Positions 38,237 through 50,803 of a stretch of DNA of 64,000 bases are shown here, in pieces. A model generated the notes under the pieces. It did no database searches and was not told the origin of the DNA. It saw nothing but the letters and a program-made list of their open reading frames with translations. The number at the start of each line of letters is the position of its first letter. Position 1 is the stretch's first letter. The DNA is taken from contig CAXXKM010000001.1 in assembly GCA_963664435.2 (NCBI GenBank), forward strand, positions 256,001 to 320,000, written 5' to 3'. Made by a program: the position numbers and the translations under genes. The stretch comes from Longimicrobiales bacterium. GTDB taxonomy: Bacteria > Gemmatimonadota > Gemmatimonadetes > Longimicrobiales > Gaopeijiaceae.

Positions 38237-41200
38237 ACGCGGCCGACAACGCCATTCTCGACCTGCTCGAGGCGACCGCGCCCTTCCGTTCGCTGCGGGC
38301 GCGGCTCCCGACCGCCGGCCACGAGGTGCCTCTCGGGGGCACGGCCGGCTCGCTGGGACACGCCGTGCTGGCCACCCTCGCCCGCGCGACGGGGGACCGC
38401 GTCGTCGTGCTCCTCGCCCCGTCACCGGACAGGGCGGTCGCGGCGGAGGCGGATCTGGAAGCGCTCGCGGGCCCCGATTCGGTCGCGGCCTATCCCCAGC
38501 GGGAGGCACTCCCCTACGAGAGCGACGACTTCCACATCGAGATCGAGGGGCGCCGGGTCGAGGCCGTGGAAGCCGTCTTCGGCAACCGCTGCCGCCTGCT
38601 GGTGACCACGCCGCGCGCCCTCCAGGAGCGGGCCTCCTTCCCCACCCGGCTCACCCACCTGCACCTCACTCTGCGCACGGGCGACGAGGTGGGGCTCACT
38701 GCTCTGGTGGAGAAACTGGGGGAGCGCGGGTTTCACAAGGCTCCGCTGGTGGAGGAAGTCGGTCAGTTCGCGGTGCGCGGGGGCATCGTCGACGTCTTCT
38801 CCTTCGGTTCCCCCGACCCGCTGCGCATCGAGTTCCTGGGTGACGAAATCGGATCCATGCGCCGCTTCGACATCTTCGACCAGCGCTCCACCGGGTCGGT
38901 CGCCGAGGTCCGTCTGCTCCCCGTCAGGCTGGACGACGGCGGTGGGGCGGACGCTCCCGGCCCGTCCCGCTCCCTTCTCGACCTGCTTCCCGGCGACACC
39001 CTGGTGGCGCGCTGGGCGGACGACGACCTGAAGGCCTCCGCCGACCACACATGGCGAGAGGTGGAGCGGCGCCACGCCGAAGCCGTTGCGGGCGGCGACG
39101 ATCCTCCCCCGCCGGACACCGTCTGCCTCCGCCCCGGCGGCCTGCTCGAGCGGCTGGCCACCTTCCCCCGGCTGGCCCTCTCCCCTGCCGCCGACGGCCG
39201 GATCCTCTTCGACTCGGAGGCACCCCCCGCCATCTCCCGCGACATGAAGCGGTTGAAGCAGATGCTGCGCGACGGCGCGGCCCGCGGCGACCGGACCCTG
39301 ATCCTTTGCGACAACGACGGGCAGATCCAGCGCCTGGAGGAGATCCTGGGAGGGCAGACGCGCCTGCCCGCGGGCACCCAGCTTGCCGTGGGAGCGCTGG
39401 AGCGGGGATTCACCCTCAACGACTCGGTCCCGCGCCTGCGCATCCTCACCGATCACGAGATCTTCCTGCGCACGCGCCGCATTCGCCGGCGGCGTCGCTT
39501 TCGCGGCTCAGCCTCGCTGGAGAACGTCGCGCAACTCACCCCCGGAGACGCGGTCGTGCACATGGACCACGGCATCGGCCGCTTCCGGGGGCTGGAACAC
39601 GTCACGATCGGAGGCGAGGAGATCGAGTCGATTCTGATCGAATACGCGGGAGCGGAGTTCCTGCGCGTTCCCGTCTACCGGCTCGATCTCCTGGAACGCT
39701 GGGTCGGCAGCACCGAGGAGGCGGAGCCTCCGCCCGTGCACCGCATCGGAGGGAAGCGCTGGAAGAATCTGCGCGCCCGCACCGAACAGGCCATCCGCAA
39801 GGTCGCCACCGAACTCCTCGAGCTGTACGCCCGCCGCGAGATGGCCCAAGGTCACGCCTTCGCTCCCGACACCCGCTGGCAGAAGGAAATGGAGTCGTCC
39901 TTCCTCTACGAGGACACGCGCGATCAGCGGCGCGTGGTTGAAGACATCAAGCGGGACATGGAGGCGGCCGCGCCCATGGACCGGCTGGTCTGCGGAGACG
40001 TGGGCTACGGCAAGACCGAGGTGGCGATTCGCGCCGCCTTCAAGGCGGTCCAGGACGGAAAGCAGGTCGCCGTGCTCGCGCCTACCACCGTGCTGGTCGA
40101 GCAGCACGCGCGCACCTTCGGAGAGCGTCTCGCCGACTACCCGGTGACGGTGGGGGCGCTGAACCGGTTTCGTAGCGCAAAGGAGACGACCCGCCTGCTG
40201 CGCGAGATCCGCCGCGGAACCCTCGACGTCGCCATCGGCACCCATCGCCTGCTCTCGAAGGATGTCGACTTCCGCGACCTCGGCCTCCTCGTCGTCGACG
40301 AAGAACAGCGATTCGGGGTCCGGCACAAGGAGCGGCTCAAGCGGCTGCGGGCCGCGGTCGACGTGCTCACGCTCACGGCCACGCCCATACCGCGCACCCT
40401 TCAGCTCTCCCTCGCCGGCCTGCGCAACCTGTCGCTCATCCGGACACCGCCCCGCGACCGGGTCCCCATCACCACCCACGTCATCCCGTGGAACGACCAC
40501 ATCCTCTACGATGGCCTGTCGCGGGAACTCGACCGGGGCGGCCAGGTCTTCTTCCTTCACAACCGCGTGCAGACCATCCACAACACGGCCGAGAAGGTGC
40601 GCGCGCTGGCGCCGGACGCGGCCGTCGCCGTCGCCCATGGGCAGATGGGCGGCCGGCAGCTCGACCGGGTGATGCTCGATTTCGTCAACGGCGACCTGGA
40701 CGTGCTGGTCTGCACAGCCATCATCGAGAACGGCCTCGACGTCCCCAACGCCAACACGCTGATCGTCGACCGCGCCGACCGCTTCGGGCTCGCGCAGCTC
40801 TACCAGATTCGTGGCCGGGTCGGGCGCTCCGACCGCCACGCGCACTGCTACCTGGTCGTCCCCGACGGCGTTTCCAGAGACGCCATGCAGCGGGTGCGCG
40901 TACTCGAGCGCCACACCGACCTGGGCAGCGGCTACGCCGTGGCGATGCGCGACCTGGAAATGCGCGGCGCCGGCAACCTCCTCGGCGAGGACCAGTCGGG
41001 GTACGCCCAGGCGGTCGGCGTCGATACCTACATGCGTCTGCTGCGCAAGACCGTGGAGCAAATGAAGCGAGGACGGACCGAGGAGCCCGCGCCGCGCGAT
41101 CCGGAGATCTCGCTCGCCGGATCGGCCTACCTGCCGGACGGCTACGTGCCCGATTCGGGGCAGAAGCTCCACCTCTACCGCCGGCTGTCGCGCATCACGA

Positions 41201-41550
41201 CCAAGACGGAGCTCGACGAGTTCGCCGCGGAGTTGCGCGATCGCTTCGGGGCGCTGCCGCCGCCGGCCGACCGCCTGCTCGACAGCCACGTGCTGCGCCT
41301 GCTGGGCCGCGGGGCCGGCCTCCAGCGCATCCTGGTGCGCGGACGGCGGGCACGACTCACCTTCCGGGACGGCCTGGTACCCCGGCTGACCGCGCTGGAA
41401 GAGCCGCTCCGGGACCGATTGATCGCCGTGGAGGTACGCAGGATGTCGCCATTGTCGCTCGTGCTCCGCCAGGAGGGCGCCGATCCGCTGACCGCCACCC
41501 TGATCCGGGCGCTGGACCTGCTGTCGGCGAACCGCGCCAGAGCCGCCTGA
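38233..41550 (+). CDS. mfd: Transcription-repair coupling factor
   Basis: FAVRGGIVD, VVHMDHGIG, CGDVGYGKT, DEEQRFG, TATPIPRT, QIRGRVGR, DLEMRGAGNLLG. Confidence 0.98.
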   Translation: MNAADNAILDLLEATAPFRSLRARLPTAGHEVPLGGTAGSLGHAVLATLARATGDRVVVLLAPSPDRAVAAEADLEALAGPDSVAAYPQREALPYESDDFHIEIEGRRVEAVEAVFGNRCRLLVTTPRALQERASFPTRLTHLHLTLRTGDEVGLTALVEKLGERGFHKAPLVEEVGQFAVRGGIVDVFSFGSPDPLRIEFLGDEIGSMRRFDIFDQRSTGSVAEVRLLPVRLDDGGGADAPGPSRSLLDLLPGDTLVARWADDDLKASADHTWREVERRHAEAVAGGDDPPPPDTVCLRPGGLLERLATFPRLALSPAADGRILFDSEAPPAISRDMKRLKQMLRDGAARGDRTLILCDNDGQIQRLEEILGGQTRLPAGTQLAVGALERGFTLNDSVPRLRILTDHEIFLRTRRIRRRRRFRGSASLENVAQLTPGDAVVHMDHGIGRFRGLEHVTIGGEEIESILIEYAGAEFLRVPVYRLDLLERWVGSTEEAEPPPVHRIGGKRWKNLRARTEQAIRKVATELLELYARREMAQGHAFAPDTRWQKEMESSFLYEDTRDQRRVVEDIKRDMEAAAPMDRLVCGDVGYGKTEVAIRAAFKAVQDGKQVAVLAPTTVLVEQHARTFGERLADYPVTVGALNRFRSAKETTRLLREIRRGTLDVAIGTHRLLSKDVDFRDLGLLVVDEEQRFGVRHKERLKRLRAAVDVLTLTATPIPRTLQLSLAGLRNLSLIRTPPRDRVPITTHVIPWNDHILYDGLSRELDRGGQVFFLHNRVQTIHNTAEKVRALAPDAAVAVAHGQMGGRQLDRVMLDFVNGDLDVLVCTAIIENGLDVPNANTLIVDRADRFGLAQLYQIRGRVGRSDRHAHCYLVVPDGVSRDAMQRVRVLERHTDLGSGYAVAMRDLEMRGAGNLLGEDQSGYAQAVGVDTYMRLLRKTVEQMKRGRTEEPAPRDPEISLAGSAYLPDGYVPDSGQKLHLYRRLSRITTKTELDEFAAELRDRFGALPPPADRLLDSHVLRLLGRGAGLQRILVRGRRARLTFRDGLVPRLTALEEPLRDRLIAVEVRRMSPLSLVLRQEGADPLTATLIRALDLLSANRARAA

Positions 41551-41630
41551 CGCGATGCCGGGCACACCGGCGAGCGAACTCCGGGGAATGGGCGTACTAT
41601 GCACGCAGGCCTGACCATCGGGAGTGAAAC

Positions 41631-43088
41631 ATGAAGGTTCCTGTACACAGCGTCCCCCGGATCCTCGGCTCCGCCTGCCTCGCGGCGCTACCCGCGCTCG
41701 GCGGGTGCGGCGATCCCTCTCCGGGCGACGAAATCGTCGCGCGCGCCGCCGGCTACGAACTGTCCGTGGACCAGACCGCCGATCTGCTCGCGCGCCAGGC
41801 GCAGCTTCCCGACCAGGCCGACGTGGTCGAGGCCATCGCGGGCCTCTGGATCGACTACACCCTGTTCGCCGTCGCCGTCCTGGAAGACTCGACCTTCCAG
41901 CACATCGACCTGCTCCCGCTGGTGAGGCAGGAGATCGAGCAGGAGCTGGTGGCGCGCCTGCGCGCGCGCGTGATCCAGGTGGACACCGCCTTCACCGAAG
42001 AACAGCTGCGCCAGATCTACGAAGAGCAGGCGGCAGGGGTGGAACTGCGCGCGCGCCATATCCTCCTTTCGCTCGATCCGGGGGCGGACGCCCCCACCGC
42101 CGACAGCGTCATGGAGTTCGCTTCGGGCCTGCGCGAGCGAATCCTGGCGGGAGAGGATTTCGCGACCCTGGCCGGTGAGTTCAGCCAGGATCCGGGGACG
42201 GCGATCCAGGGCGGAGACCTGGGCTCCTTCCGGCGCGGCCAGATGGTTCCGGCCTTCGACTCGGCAGCCTTCGCGCTGGCGCCCGGGGAAGTAAGCGGTC
42301 CGGTGCGCACGGGTTTCGGGGTCCACATCCTGCAGGTCGACGAGCGGATCCAGCTCCCCTTCGAAGAGGCGCGCTCCCAGTTCGAGCCGCAGCTCAAGCT
42401 GGGCCTCGTCAGCCAGGCCGAGGAGGCCTACCTGGGGCGGGTCATGAGCCGCGCCGAAATGGAGCCCGTCGACGGGGGCGCCGAGATCGCCCGTCAGTTG
42501 GCCGCGCGTCCCAGCCAGCGCCTGAGCAACCGGGCTGCCGGCCGCGAACTCTTCCGCTTCGAGGGGGGCGCATACACGGCAGCCGACTTCCACCGCTTCC
42601 TGAGCGAGCAGGGACCTCCCCTCCGCGCACAGGTGCGCAACGCCACCGACGACCAGCTGACCGGGCTCCTCGGAAACCTCGCGCAAAGCAAGGTCCTGGT
42701 GAACGAGGCGGAGCAGGCCGGCATCTCGCTCAGCGATGCCGAGCAGGACTCGCTGCTCGTGGTCGCCCGCACCCGTTTCACGCGCGCGGCCCGCGACCTG
42801 GAGCTGACCAGCCTGACGCCGGCGGAGGGGGAATCGACGCAGGACGCCGTCGAGGCCCTCGTGCGCGGCGTAATGCAGCGCATCGTCGACGGAGACGAAA
42901 ACATTCCGGCCCTCGGACATCTCTCGTTCGCGCTGCGTGAGGAATATCGATCCGACGTGTACGAGAACAACTTCAACGCGGTGACGCAGCGCACCAGCGA
43001 GTTCAGGGTGATCCGGGGCCGCTCCCAGCCGATCCAGCCCCCGGACTCCCCGGTCGTGGCTCCCAACGCGCCGCCGCCCGGCAGTTGA
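41631..43088 (+). CDS. Parvulin-type peptidyl-prolyl isomerase, probable lipoprotein
   Basis: Lipobox-like LGGC, RARHILL, FSQDPG..GGDLG..GQMV..F, GFGVHI. Confidence 0.88.
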   Translation: MKVPVHSVPRILGSACLAALPALGGCGDPSPGDEIVARAAGYELSVDQTADLLARQAQLPDQADVVEAIAGLWIDYTLFAVAVLEDSTFQHIDLLPLVRQEIEQELVARLRARVIQVDTAFTEEQLRQIYEEQAAGVELRARHILLSLDPGADAPTADSVMEFASGLRERILAGEDFATLAGEFSQDPGTAIQGGDLGSFRRGQMVPAFDSAAFALAPGEVSGPVRTGFGVHILQVDERIQLPFEEARSQFEPQLKLGLVSQAEEAYLGRVMSRAEMEPVDGGAEIARQLAARPSQRLSNRAAGRELFRFEGGAYTAADFHRFLSEQGPPLRAQVRNATDDQLTGLLGNLAQSKVLVNEAEQAGISLSDAEQDSLLVVARTRFTRAARDLELTSLTPAEGESTQDAVEALVRGVMQRIVDGDENIPALGHLSFALREEYRSDVYENNFNAVTQRTSEFRVIRGRSQPIQPPDSPVVAPNAPPPGS

Positions 43089-43240
43089 AGGCGATGCCCA
43101 GGCAGGTGTCCCCGAAACCTCCGGATCCCGCCGCCGCGCGCTCCGGAACCCGTCGCCAGCGGGGGGTTTACACGGGATCGGAGCGCGGATGTGCGTTCCG
43201 TCCCCCGCTCGATCCCCCGATCTCCGCAGGTCCATACGGT

Positions 43241-44587
43241 ATGATGAAGTCTCTTCTTCCGACCCCTGGCCGCCCTTCCGCGCGGCATCTCCTCATCCTC
43301 GCACTGCTCTTCTGCCCGGCCCTGGCGGGGGCACAGGAGCCGGGACCCCTCCCGGAAGTCGTTGACGGCGTCGTGGCGATCGCCGGCGATTCGGTGATCC
43401 TGCGATCCGAGGTGCAGGAACGCCTGCTCCAGATGCGCGCCAGCGGGGCGCCCATGCCGGAGGATCCGGCGGGCATCATGCAGCTTCAGGATGAACTCGT
43501 CGAATCCCTGATCAACGAACAGCTTCTGCTGCAGGCGGCCGAGGGCGACAGCACCATCGTCGTCTCAGACGAGGAACTGGAAGCCATCGTCCAGCAGGAC
43601 CTGGACGAGCGAATACGCAACGTCGGAGGAATGGGGCAGCTGGTGGCCCTGCTCAGCGAACAGGGACTGAACCTCATCAGCTATCGCGAAATGCTGAAGG
43701 AGCAGGCGCGCCGGCAGCGCCTGCAGTCGCTCTGGATCGGGAGGAGACGCGCGGACATCGGTCCCATCGTGGTGACCGAAGGGGAGGTGCGCGAGTTCAT
43801 CGACGCCCAGCGCGACCAGCTCCCCAGGCGCCCCGCCTCCATCATCTTCCGCCAGGTTCTCGTGCGCGCGGAGCCATCCGACTCCACCCGCGAGGCGGCT
43901 CGGCTGGAGGCGGAGCGCCTGCTCGGGCTCATCAGCGAGGGAGAGGACTTCGAGGAACTTGCCCGCCGGTATTCCCGGGATCCGTCGAGCGCGACGCAGG
44001 GCGGGGACCTGGGATGGTTCCCCCGGGGACGCATGGTGCGCGAGTTCGAGGACGCCGCCTTCGGGATGTTCCAGGAGGGACAGGTGAGCGACGTGGTCGA
44101 GACCGACTTCGGCGCGCACATCATCCGCGTCGACCGCATCAGCCTCGGGGAACGGAGGGCGCGGCACATCCTCATCACCGCCGAGACCAACCCGACCGAC
44201 GAGGAGGCCGCGCAGCTGCTGGCGGGCGAGATTCTCGAGCGGGCACGGGCCGGCGAATCCATGAGAGCGCTTCACGAGGAGTACGGCTACAAGGCCCAGC
44301 CGCCGCTGGATTCGCTTCAGGTCTTCACGCCCCAGCTGCAATCGCTCCCCCCGGGGTACGTGGCCGAAATCGGGTCCGCTGCGGACGGGGACGTCGTCGG
44401 ACCCATCGAGTTCGACGACCGCGGAACGGTGTTCGCGGTGGTCAAGGTCCTCGAGACACGGCCGGAGGGCGACTACACCTATGACGATCTGCGGACCCGC
44501 GTGGAGGACCAGCTGCGCGAGACCAAGGTGCTCGACGAGATCATCGAAGAGCTGCGCGCACGAGCGCATGTCGAGCTGCGGCCCTGA
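43241..44587 (+). CDS. surA: SurA-like chaperone / PPIase
   Basis: VDGVVAIAGDSVILRSE (SurA N-terminus), YSRDP..GGDLGWF, FGAHII. Located upstream of pdxA. Alternative TTG start at 43085. Confidence 0.8.
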   Translation: MMKSLLPTPGRPSARHLLILALLFCPALAGAQEPGPLPEVVDGVVAIAGDSVILRSEVQERLLQMRASGAPMPEDPAGIMQLQDELVESLINEQLLLQAAEGDSTIVVSDEELEAIVQQDLDERIRNVGGMGQLVALLSEQGLNLISYREMLKEQARRQRLQSLWIGRRRADIGPIVVTEGEVREFIDAQRDQLPRRPASIIFRQVLVRAEPSDSTREAARLEAERLLGLISEGEDFEELARRYSRDPSSATQGGDLGWFPRGRMVREFEDAAFGMFQEGQVSDVVETDFGAHIIRVDRISLGERRARHILITAETNPTDEEAAQLLAGEILERARAGESMRALHEEYGYKAQPPLDSLQVFTPQLQSLPPGYVAEIGSAADGDVVGPIEFDDRGTVFAVVKVLETRPEGDYTYDDLRTRVEDQLRETKVLDEIIEELRARAHVELRP

Positions 44588-44631
44588 GCGGCCCCACCTG
44601 ATCGCGCGCTGCGCACCGCACCAGGACTGAC

Positions 44632-45632
44632 GTGACCTCTTATTCCGCCCCCCCATCCGCGCGACTCGCCGTGACCCTCGGTGACCCGCGCGGCATCGGG
44701 CCCGAAGTGATGTCCGTGGCCGCCCGCCGCTTCCTGGACGAGGACCCGGGCGTCGAGCTGCTCGTGCTGGGACCGGCCGGGTCGGACCCGGGCGTGGGCG
44801 AGTACCGGCCCATGGGCGAGTGGGACGGCTCGGAGGTGAGCGCGGGAGCAGTGTCGTTCGCGGCGCTGGAGACCGCGGTAGAGCTGGCGACCGCAGGGGT
44901 GGTGGCCGGGATTGTGACCGGGCCGGTGCACAAGCCCGCGCTGCAGGCGGCCGGGAGCCGCCACCCCGGCCAGACCGAGCTGTTGCAGGCGCTCGCCGGG
45001 GCGGACGAATCCGGAATGCTCATGTGTGCCGAGCGGACGCGCCTTGGGGCTCCTCTGCGGGTTCTGCTGGCCACCCGGCACATCCCGCTGGCGGGGGTCG
45101 CTTCGCACGTAACGATAGACCTGCTCGTTCGGCAGACCCGCCTGCTGCTCAGGGGACTGCGGACGGACTGGGCCATCGTCGAGCCGCGGGTCGCGCTGTG
45201 CGCGCTCAACCCGCACGCCTCCGATGGCGGCCTCTTCGGGGACGAGGAGGAGAGGGTGTACGCGCCGCGCTCGAGGCCCTGGCGGGCGCAGTCGGAAGGG
45301 TGGCCGGCCCTCTCCCCGCCGACACCGTGTTCGTGCGCGCGCTTCGGGGCGAGTTCGACGCGGTCGTAGCCCCCTACCACGATGTGGCGATGGCGGCCCT
45401 CAAGACGGTCTCTTTCGGTACCGGCGTGAACGTCACCCTGGGGCTGCCCTTCGTGCGCACCTCCCCCGATCACGGCACCGCTTTCGACATCGCCGGCCGC
45501 GGCGTGGCGGACGCCTCCTCCGCGCTGGAGGCAATGCGCCTTGCGAGCCGCGTGGCCGTCAACCGGGCGGCGGCCTCCGGGGGCGCCGGAGGGCAAGGAG
45601 ACCGGGCCGCGGCGCTCCCCGCGACCCCGTGA
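44632..45632 (+). pseudogene. pdxA: 4-hydroxythreonine-4-phosphate dehydrogenase, split by a 1-nt frameshift near 45265
   Basis: First frame: [29 protein letters not shown]. Second frame: [35 protein letters not shown]. Confidence 0.9.
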
Positions 45633-46771
45633 CCCTGCCGCCGGTCGCGGGGCACGAGCCGACCCGCTCGACCTTCGCCGGAGCGCACGCCAGAGACTCT
45701 CTCCCCGCCGCGCTCCTGATCCATGGCCTGGCTGGAACCGGCAAGCAACGCATCGCCCTCTGGCTCGGCCAGCTGCTTCACTGCGAAGCCCCGGACGCCC
45801 GGGGCCCGTGCGCCCGCTGCCGGGCCTGCCGGATGGCGGTCGGGCTGCAGCACCCCGACCTGCACTGGTTCTTCCCCCTGCCCCGCCCCAAGCGCGCCAG
45901 CGGAGCGGAGCGGATGGTGGCCGCCCTGGAGGAGGCGCGCGCGGCCGCCCTGGAAACCATCCGGCGCGAGCCCCTCCGCCCCACCCCCGGTGGCCAGCCG
46001 CGAGGCATCTACCTGGGTGCGGTCACCACCATTCGGCGCATGGCCCTCAAGCGCCCGTCCCTGGGCGAGCGACAGGTCTTCGTCATCGGCAACGCGGAGG
46101 AACTCATCCCCCAGGAAGCCAGCGACCAGGCCGCCAACGCGCTGCTGAAGCTTCTGGAGGAGCCGCCGGCCGGCACGACCTTCATCCTCACTTCCAGCGA
46201 GCCGGGCCGGCTGCTCCCCACGACCCGGTCGCGCACGGTCCCCTTCCACCTGGGCCCCCTGCCCCGCGAGCGGGTGGAGCGCTTCCTGGTGGAGGCCGCC
46301 GGAGCGTCCCCCACCGACGCCCGTCTGGCCGCGGCGCTGTCACGCGGGTCGATCGGGCGCGGCCTGGCGTACCTGCCCGCGGACGGCGAGCCGGGCCCGC
46401 TCGAGCGCGAGCGGGCCAAGGCGCGCGGCCTGCTGGAGGCCACCCTGGACGGCGGCATCGGCGCCGCGGCGGCGGCAGCGAGCGGGGTCGGCGTGTCGGG
46501 CGCGCGCGGAATGCTCGGTCTGCTTGGCGCGCTCGAGGACTGGCTGCGCGACCTGGCAGCCGTGGCGACCGGCGCACCGGCCTTCAACCATGACGCCGGC
46601 CCGTTTCTCGAGCAGGCGGTCGCGCGGCGGAGCATACACCCGGCTGGAGTCGCGCGCGCGGTTGCGGAGGTGGAGCAGGCCAAGCACCTCGCTGCCGCCA
46701 ACGTGAACCCCCAGCTGCTCGTCTACGGCATGGTGCGCGACGCGTCAGCGGCCCTGGAGACACGCACATGA
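45629..46771 (+). CDS. holB: DNA polymerase III delta-prime subunit
   Basis: [43 protein letters not shown] overlap with the pdxA stop. Confidence 0.9.
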   Translation: MTLPPVAGHEPTRSTFAGAHARDSLPAALLIHGLAGTGKQRIALWLGQLLHCEAPDARGPCARCRACRMAVGLQHPDLHWFFPLPRPKRASGAERMVAALEEARAAALETIRREPLRPTPGGQPRGIYLGAVTTIRRMALKRPSLGERQVFVIGNAEELIPQEASDQAANALLKLLEEPPAGTTFILTSSEPGRLLPTTRSRTVPFHLGPLPRERVERFLVEAAGASPTDARLAAALSRGSIGRGLAYLPADGEPGPLERERAKARGLLEATLDGGIGAAAAAASGVGVSGARGMLGLLGALEDWLRDLAAVATGAPAFNHDAGPFLEQAVARRSIHPAGVARAVAEVEQAKHLAAANVNPQLLVYGMVRDASAALETRT

Positions 46772-47262
46772 GCGATTCGCCGAAACTTACGCACCTCGAC
46801 GCGCGCGGCCGGCCGCGCATGGTCGACGTCAGCGACAAGCCGGGGACCCGGCGCACCGCCGTGGCCGAGGGCCGCATCAGCATGGCGCCCGCGACCCTCG
46901 CTGCGATCGAGGAGGGTGAAGTCGCCAAGGGCAACGTCCTGCGCGTGGCCGAGCTGGCCGGCGTCATGGCCGGCAAGCGGACCGGCGAACTCATCCCCCT
47001 GTGCCACATCCTTCCCGCCGCCTCCATCCGGGTGGAGGTGGCGCCCGACCCCGACCTCCCGGGGATTCGCGCCCGCGCGGTCGCCCGCATCGCAGGCCGG
47101 ACCGGGGTCGAGATGGAGGCGCTCACCGCGGTGTCGGTGGCGCTGCTGACGGTCTACGACATGGCCAAGGCGGTCGACCGCGGGATGGTCATCGAGGGGG
47201 TGCGGCTACTGCGCAAGGAAGGGGGACGCTCCGGCGTCTGGCAGGTCGGGCGCGCCGGGTGA
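46768..47262 (+). CDS. moaC: Cyclic pyranopterin monophosphate synthase
   Basis: [41 protein letters not shown]. Confidence 0.97.
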   Translation: MSDSPKLTHLDARGRPRMVDVSDKPGTRRTAVAEGRISMAPATLAAIEEGEVAKGNVLRVAELAGVMAGKRTGELIPLCHILPAASIRVEVAPDPDLPGIRARAVARIAGRTGVEMEALTAVSVALLTVYDMAKAVDRGMVIEGVRLLRKEGGRSGVWQVGRAG

Positions 47263-47292
47263 GGAGGGCGTGGCCTGGTGGCCCGCCGACAG

Positions 47293-48675
47293 CTAGGGGT
47301 TCCCCTCGCCGGCCAGCGCCCGGCGCAGCCGGGGCACCACCACCGTCTGCCCGATCTGCAGATAGCGCGGGCGCAGTCCCGGGTTGGTGGCGATCAGCTC
47401 GGAAAGCCGAACGCCGTAGATCTCGGCGATGTGGCCGAGCGTCTCGCCCGCGCTGATGGTGTGCTCCACGATGGTCAGGCGCTCCTCTGTGGGGATCGCC
47501 GAGTAGTTGCGCTCGAAGGTGGGCACCGTCCCCGCAGGCAAACGCAGCACCGTCGGGATGTGGGCCGGAACGATCCGAAGCGGCAGGTGAGGGTTCAGGA
47601 CCAGGATCTCGTCCTCGGGGACGCCCGCCGCCTGCGCCACCACGTCCAGCGAGGTCGCGTCCGGCACCGTCACCTCGTCGAATTCCAGCACGGGTTCGGG
47701 CGCCAGGCCGTTGATGCCGAACGCCCCGGGGTCTTCCGCGATCTCGGCGACCGCCAGGAACTTGGGGATGAAGTGGCGCGTTTCCCGCGGCAACCGGTCG
47801 CGGATCGCCAGGAAGGCGCTGTCGCCGCGCGCTCCGGAATTGTGCTGGCGCAACAACCGGGCGACGCGGTTGGGGCCCCCGTTGTAGGCGGCCAGCGCCA
47901 GGAACCATGAATCAAAGCGCTCGTGCAGTTCGCCCAGCATGTCCAGAGCGGCCTCGGTCGCCGCCACCGGGTCCCGCCGCTCGTCCACCAGCGAGTTCAC
48001 CGTGAGCCCGCGCTCGCGTGCGGTGCCGGGCATGAACTGCCACATGCCGGCGGCGCCCACGCGGCTGTACGCGCGAGGGTTGTAGTGGCTCTCCGCGATG
48101 GGCAGATAGCGGAGGCTGCGGGGCAGGCCCCGTTCCTCCAGCGCGGCATCCACCATGCCCCCGTAGCGACCCATGCGCTCGAGCGAGAGCCGAAGGTGAC
48201 GACCGTATTCGTCCAGCCAGTTGTCCAACCACTCGTCCAGATGGTCCGCGAGTTCGTCGTGGGCAGCGGCGGGAGAGCCGGTGACGGCATCCACGGGGAC
48301 GGGCTCCGGTTCGGGCTCCGGTTCGGGCTCCGGTTCGGGCTCCGGAGGCGCCTCCACCTCCGGTGCCGGTGTCGGCTCGACCGCCGGTTCAGGAGCGGGC
48401 GATCGCGCCGCCAGGGTCTGTTCCCCGGCCAGCGCGGCGGGCCTCGCCTCCGCCTCCGCCTCCGCCGGCAACCCGGCTGCGGAGGGAGCCGCGGGCATCT
48501 CGACCGGCGTCCGGTTCGGCCCGGGGAAGCAGCCCGACGAAACCCAGGCCACCCCGGAGATGACAACCAGGCGACGCGCTGTCCCTGCCCATCGGCCCGC
48601 GTTGCCGGAGCCCCGGCCACCCTTCCTCCCGCCCCTGCTCGACCTCTCCCGGTACCCGCCCACGCCTCGGATCAT
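47293..48675 (-). CDS. Lytic transglycosylase (SLT) with LysM, MltD-like lipoprotein
   Basis: Lipobox-like SSGC, LPIAESHYNP, GMWQFM, ALAAYNGG, ETRHFIPK, C-terminal LysM. Confidence 0.9.
   Translation of the reverse strand: MIRGVGGYRERSSRGGRKGGRGSGNAGRWAGTARRLVVISGVAWVSSGCFPGPNRTPVEMPAAPSAAGLPAEAEAEARPAALAGEQTLAARSPAPEPAVEPTPAPEVEAPPEPEPEPEPEPEPEPVPVDAVTGSPAAAHDELADHLDEWLDNWLDEYGRHLRLSLERMGRYGGMVDAALEERGLPRSLRYLPIAESHYNPRAYSRVGAAGMWQFMPGTARERGLTVNSLVDERRDPVAATEAALDMLGELHERFDSWFLALAAYNGGPNRVARLLRQHNSGARGDSAFLAIRDRLPRETRHFIPKFLAVAEIAEDPGAFGINGLAPEPVLEFDEVTVPDATSLDVVAQAAGVPEDEILVLNPHLPLRIVPAHIPTVLRLPAGTVPTFERNYSAIPTEERLTIVEHTISAGETLGHIAEIYGVRLSELIATNPGLRPRYLQIGQTVVVPRLRRALAGEGNP
48301..48345. 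repeat. 12-bp tandem repeat GGGCTCCGGTTC (about 3.7 copies) encoding a Pro-Glu linker
   Basis: gggctccggttc x3 plus a partial copy; protein PEPEPEPEPEPEPEP. Confidence 0.9.
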
Positions 48676-48705
48676 TTCAGTCTTCCGTGCATTCAGTACG
48701 GTTTT

Positions 48706-48745
48706 CCGCGACTCGGGACGTCCCGCGAGTCGGGACTTCCCGCGA
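48706..48745. repeat. 17-bp tandem repeat CCGCGASTCGGGACKTC (about 2.3 copies), intergenic
   Basis: Units at 48706 and 48723, partial unit at 48740. Confidence 0.8.
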
Positions 48746-48747
48746 AT

Positions 48748-50338
<1,591 letters not shown>

Positions 50339-50374
50339 GCGCCGGCCGCCGCGGCGGGGCTGCGACCCGGACGA

Positions 50375-50803
50375 CTACTCGGAGGGACCTTCGTCCTCAC
50401 TCGGGGAAGCGCCACGGGTATCGTCGTCGCGACGGATCGCGCCGGCGCCCTCCCTGCGCCTCCCGGCGCCCTCCCTGCGCTCTCCGGAGCCTCCCTCGCG
50501 CTCATCGGAGCCGTTCAGATCCCTCAGAAACTTCTGTCCGGCCGCCGAGACGTTGGAGAGGCCGCGATCCGCAGCCGCGAGGAGCTGAAAGGCCTCACGG
50601 ATGACGGCAGGCCTGACGGTGCGCTTGCGCAGGCTGTCCTCGAGCTTCTCGGCGAAGCGCTGGAACCCGGTGGGCTCCTGCTCCTCTTCCCGATCACCGT
50701 ACTTCTCCTCCAGGAACTCGATGTAGTCCAGAACCTGGTAGATCTGCCGGTCCGGCAGGCTCTCGATCCTTCTCAGCAGCCGGTTGCGCAGGGCATCATG
50801 CAT
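50375..50803 (-). CDS. Hypothetical protein (DUF2281-like N-terminus, repetitive charged tail)
   Basis: LLRRIESLPDRQIYQVLDYIEFL. A 21-bp tandem repeat at 50442-50503 encodes ERREGAGRRREGAG. Confidence 0.7.
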   Translation of the reverse strand: MHDALRNRLLRRIESLPDRQIYQVLDYIEFLEEKYGDREEEQEPTGFQRFAEKLEDSLRKRTVRPAVIREAFQLLAAADRGLSNVSAAGQKFLRDLNGSDEREGGSGERREGAGRRREGAGAIRRDDDTRGASPSEDEGPSE

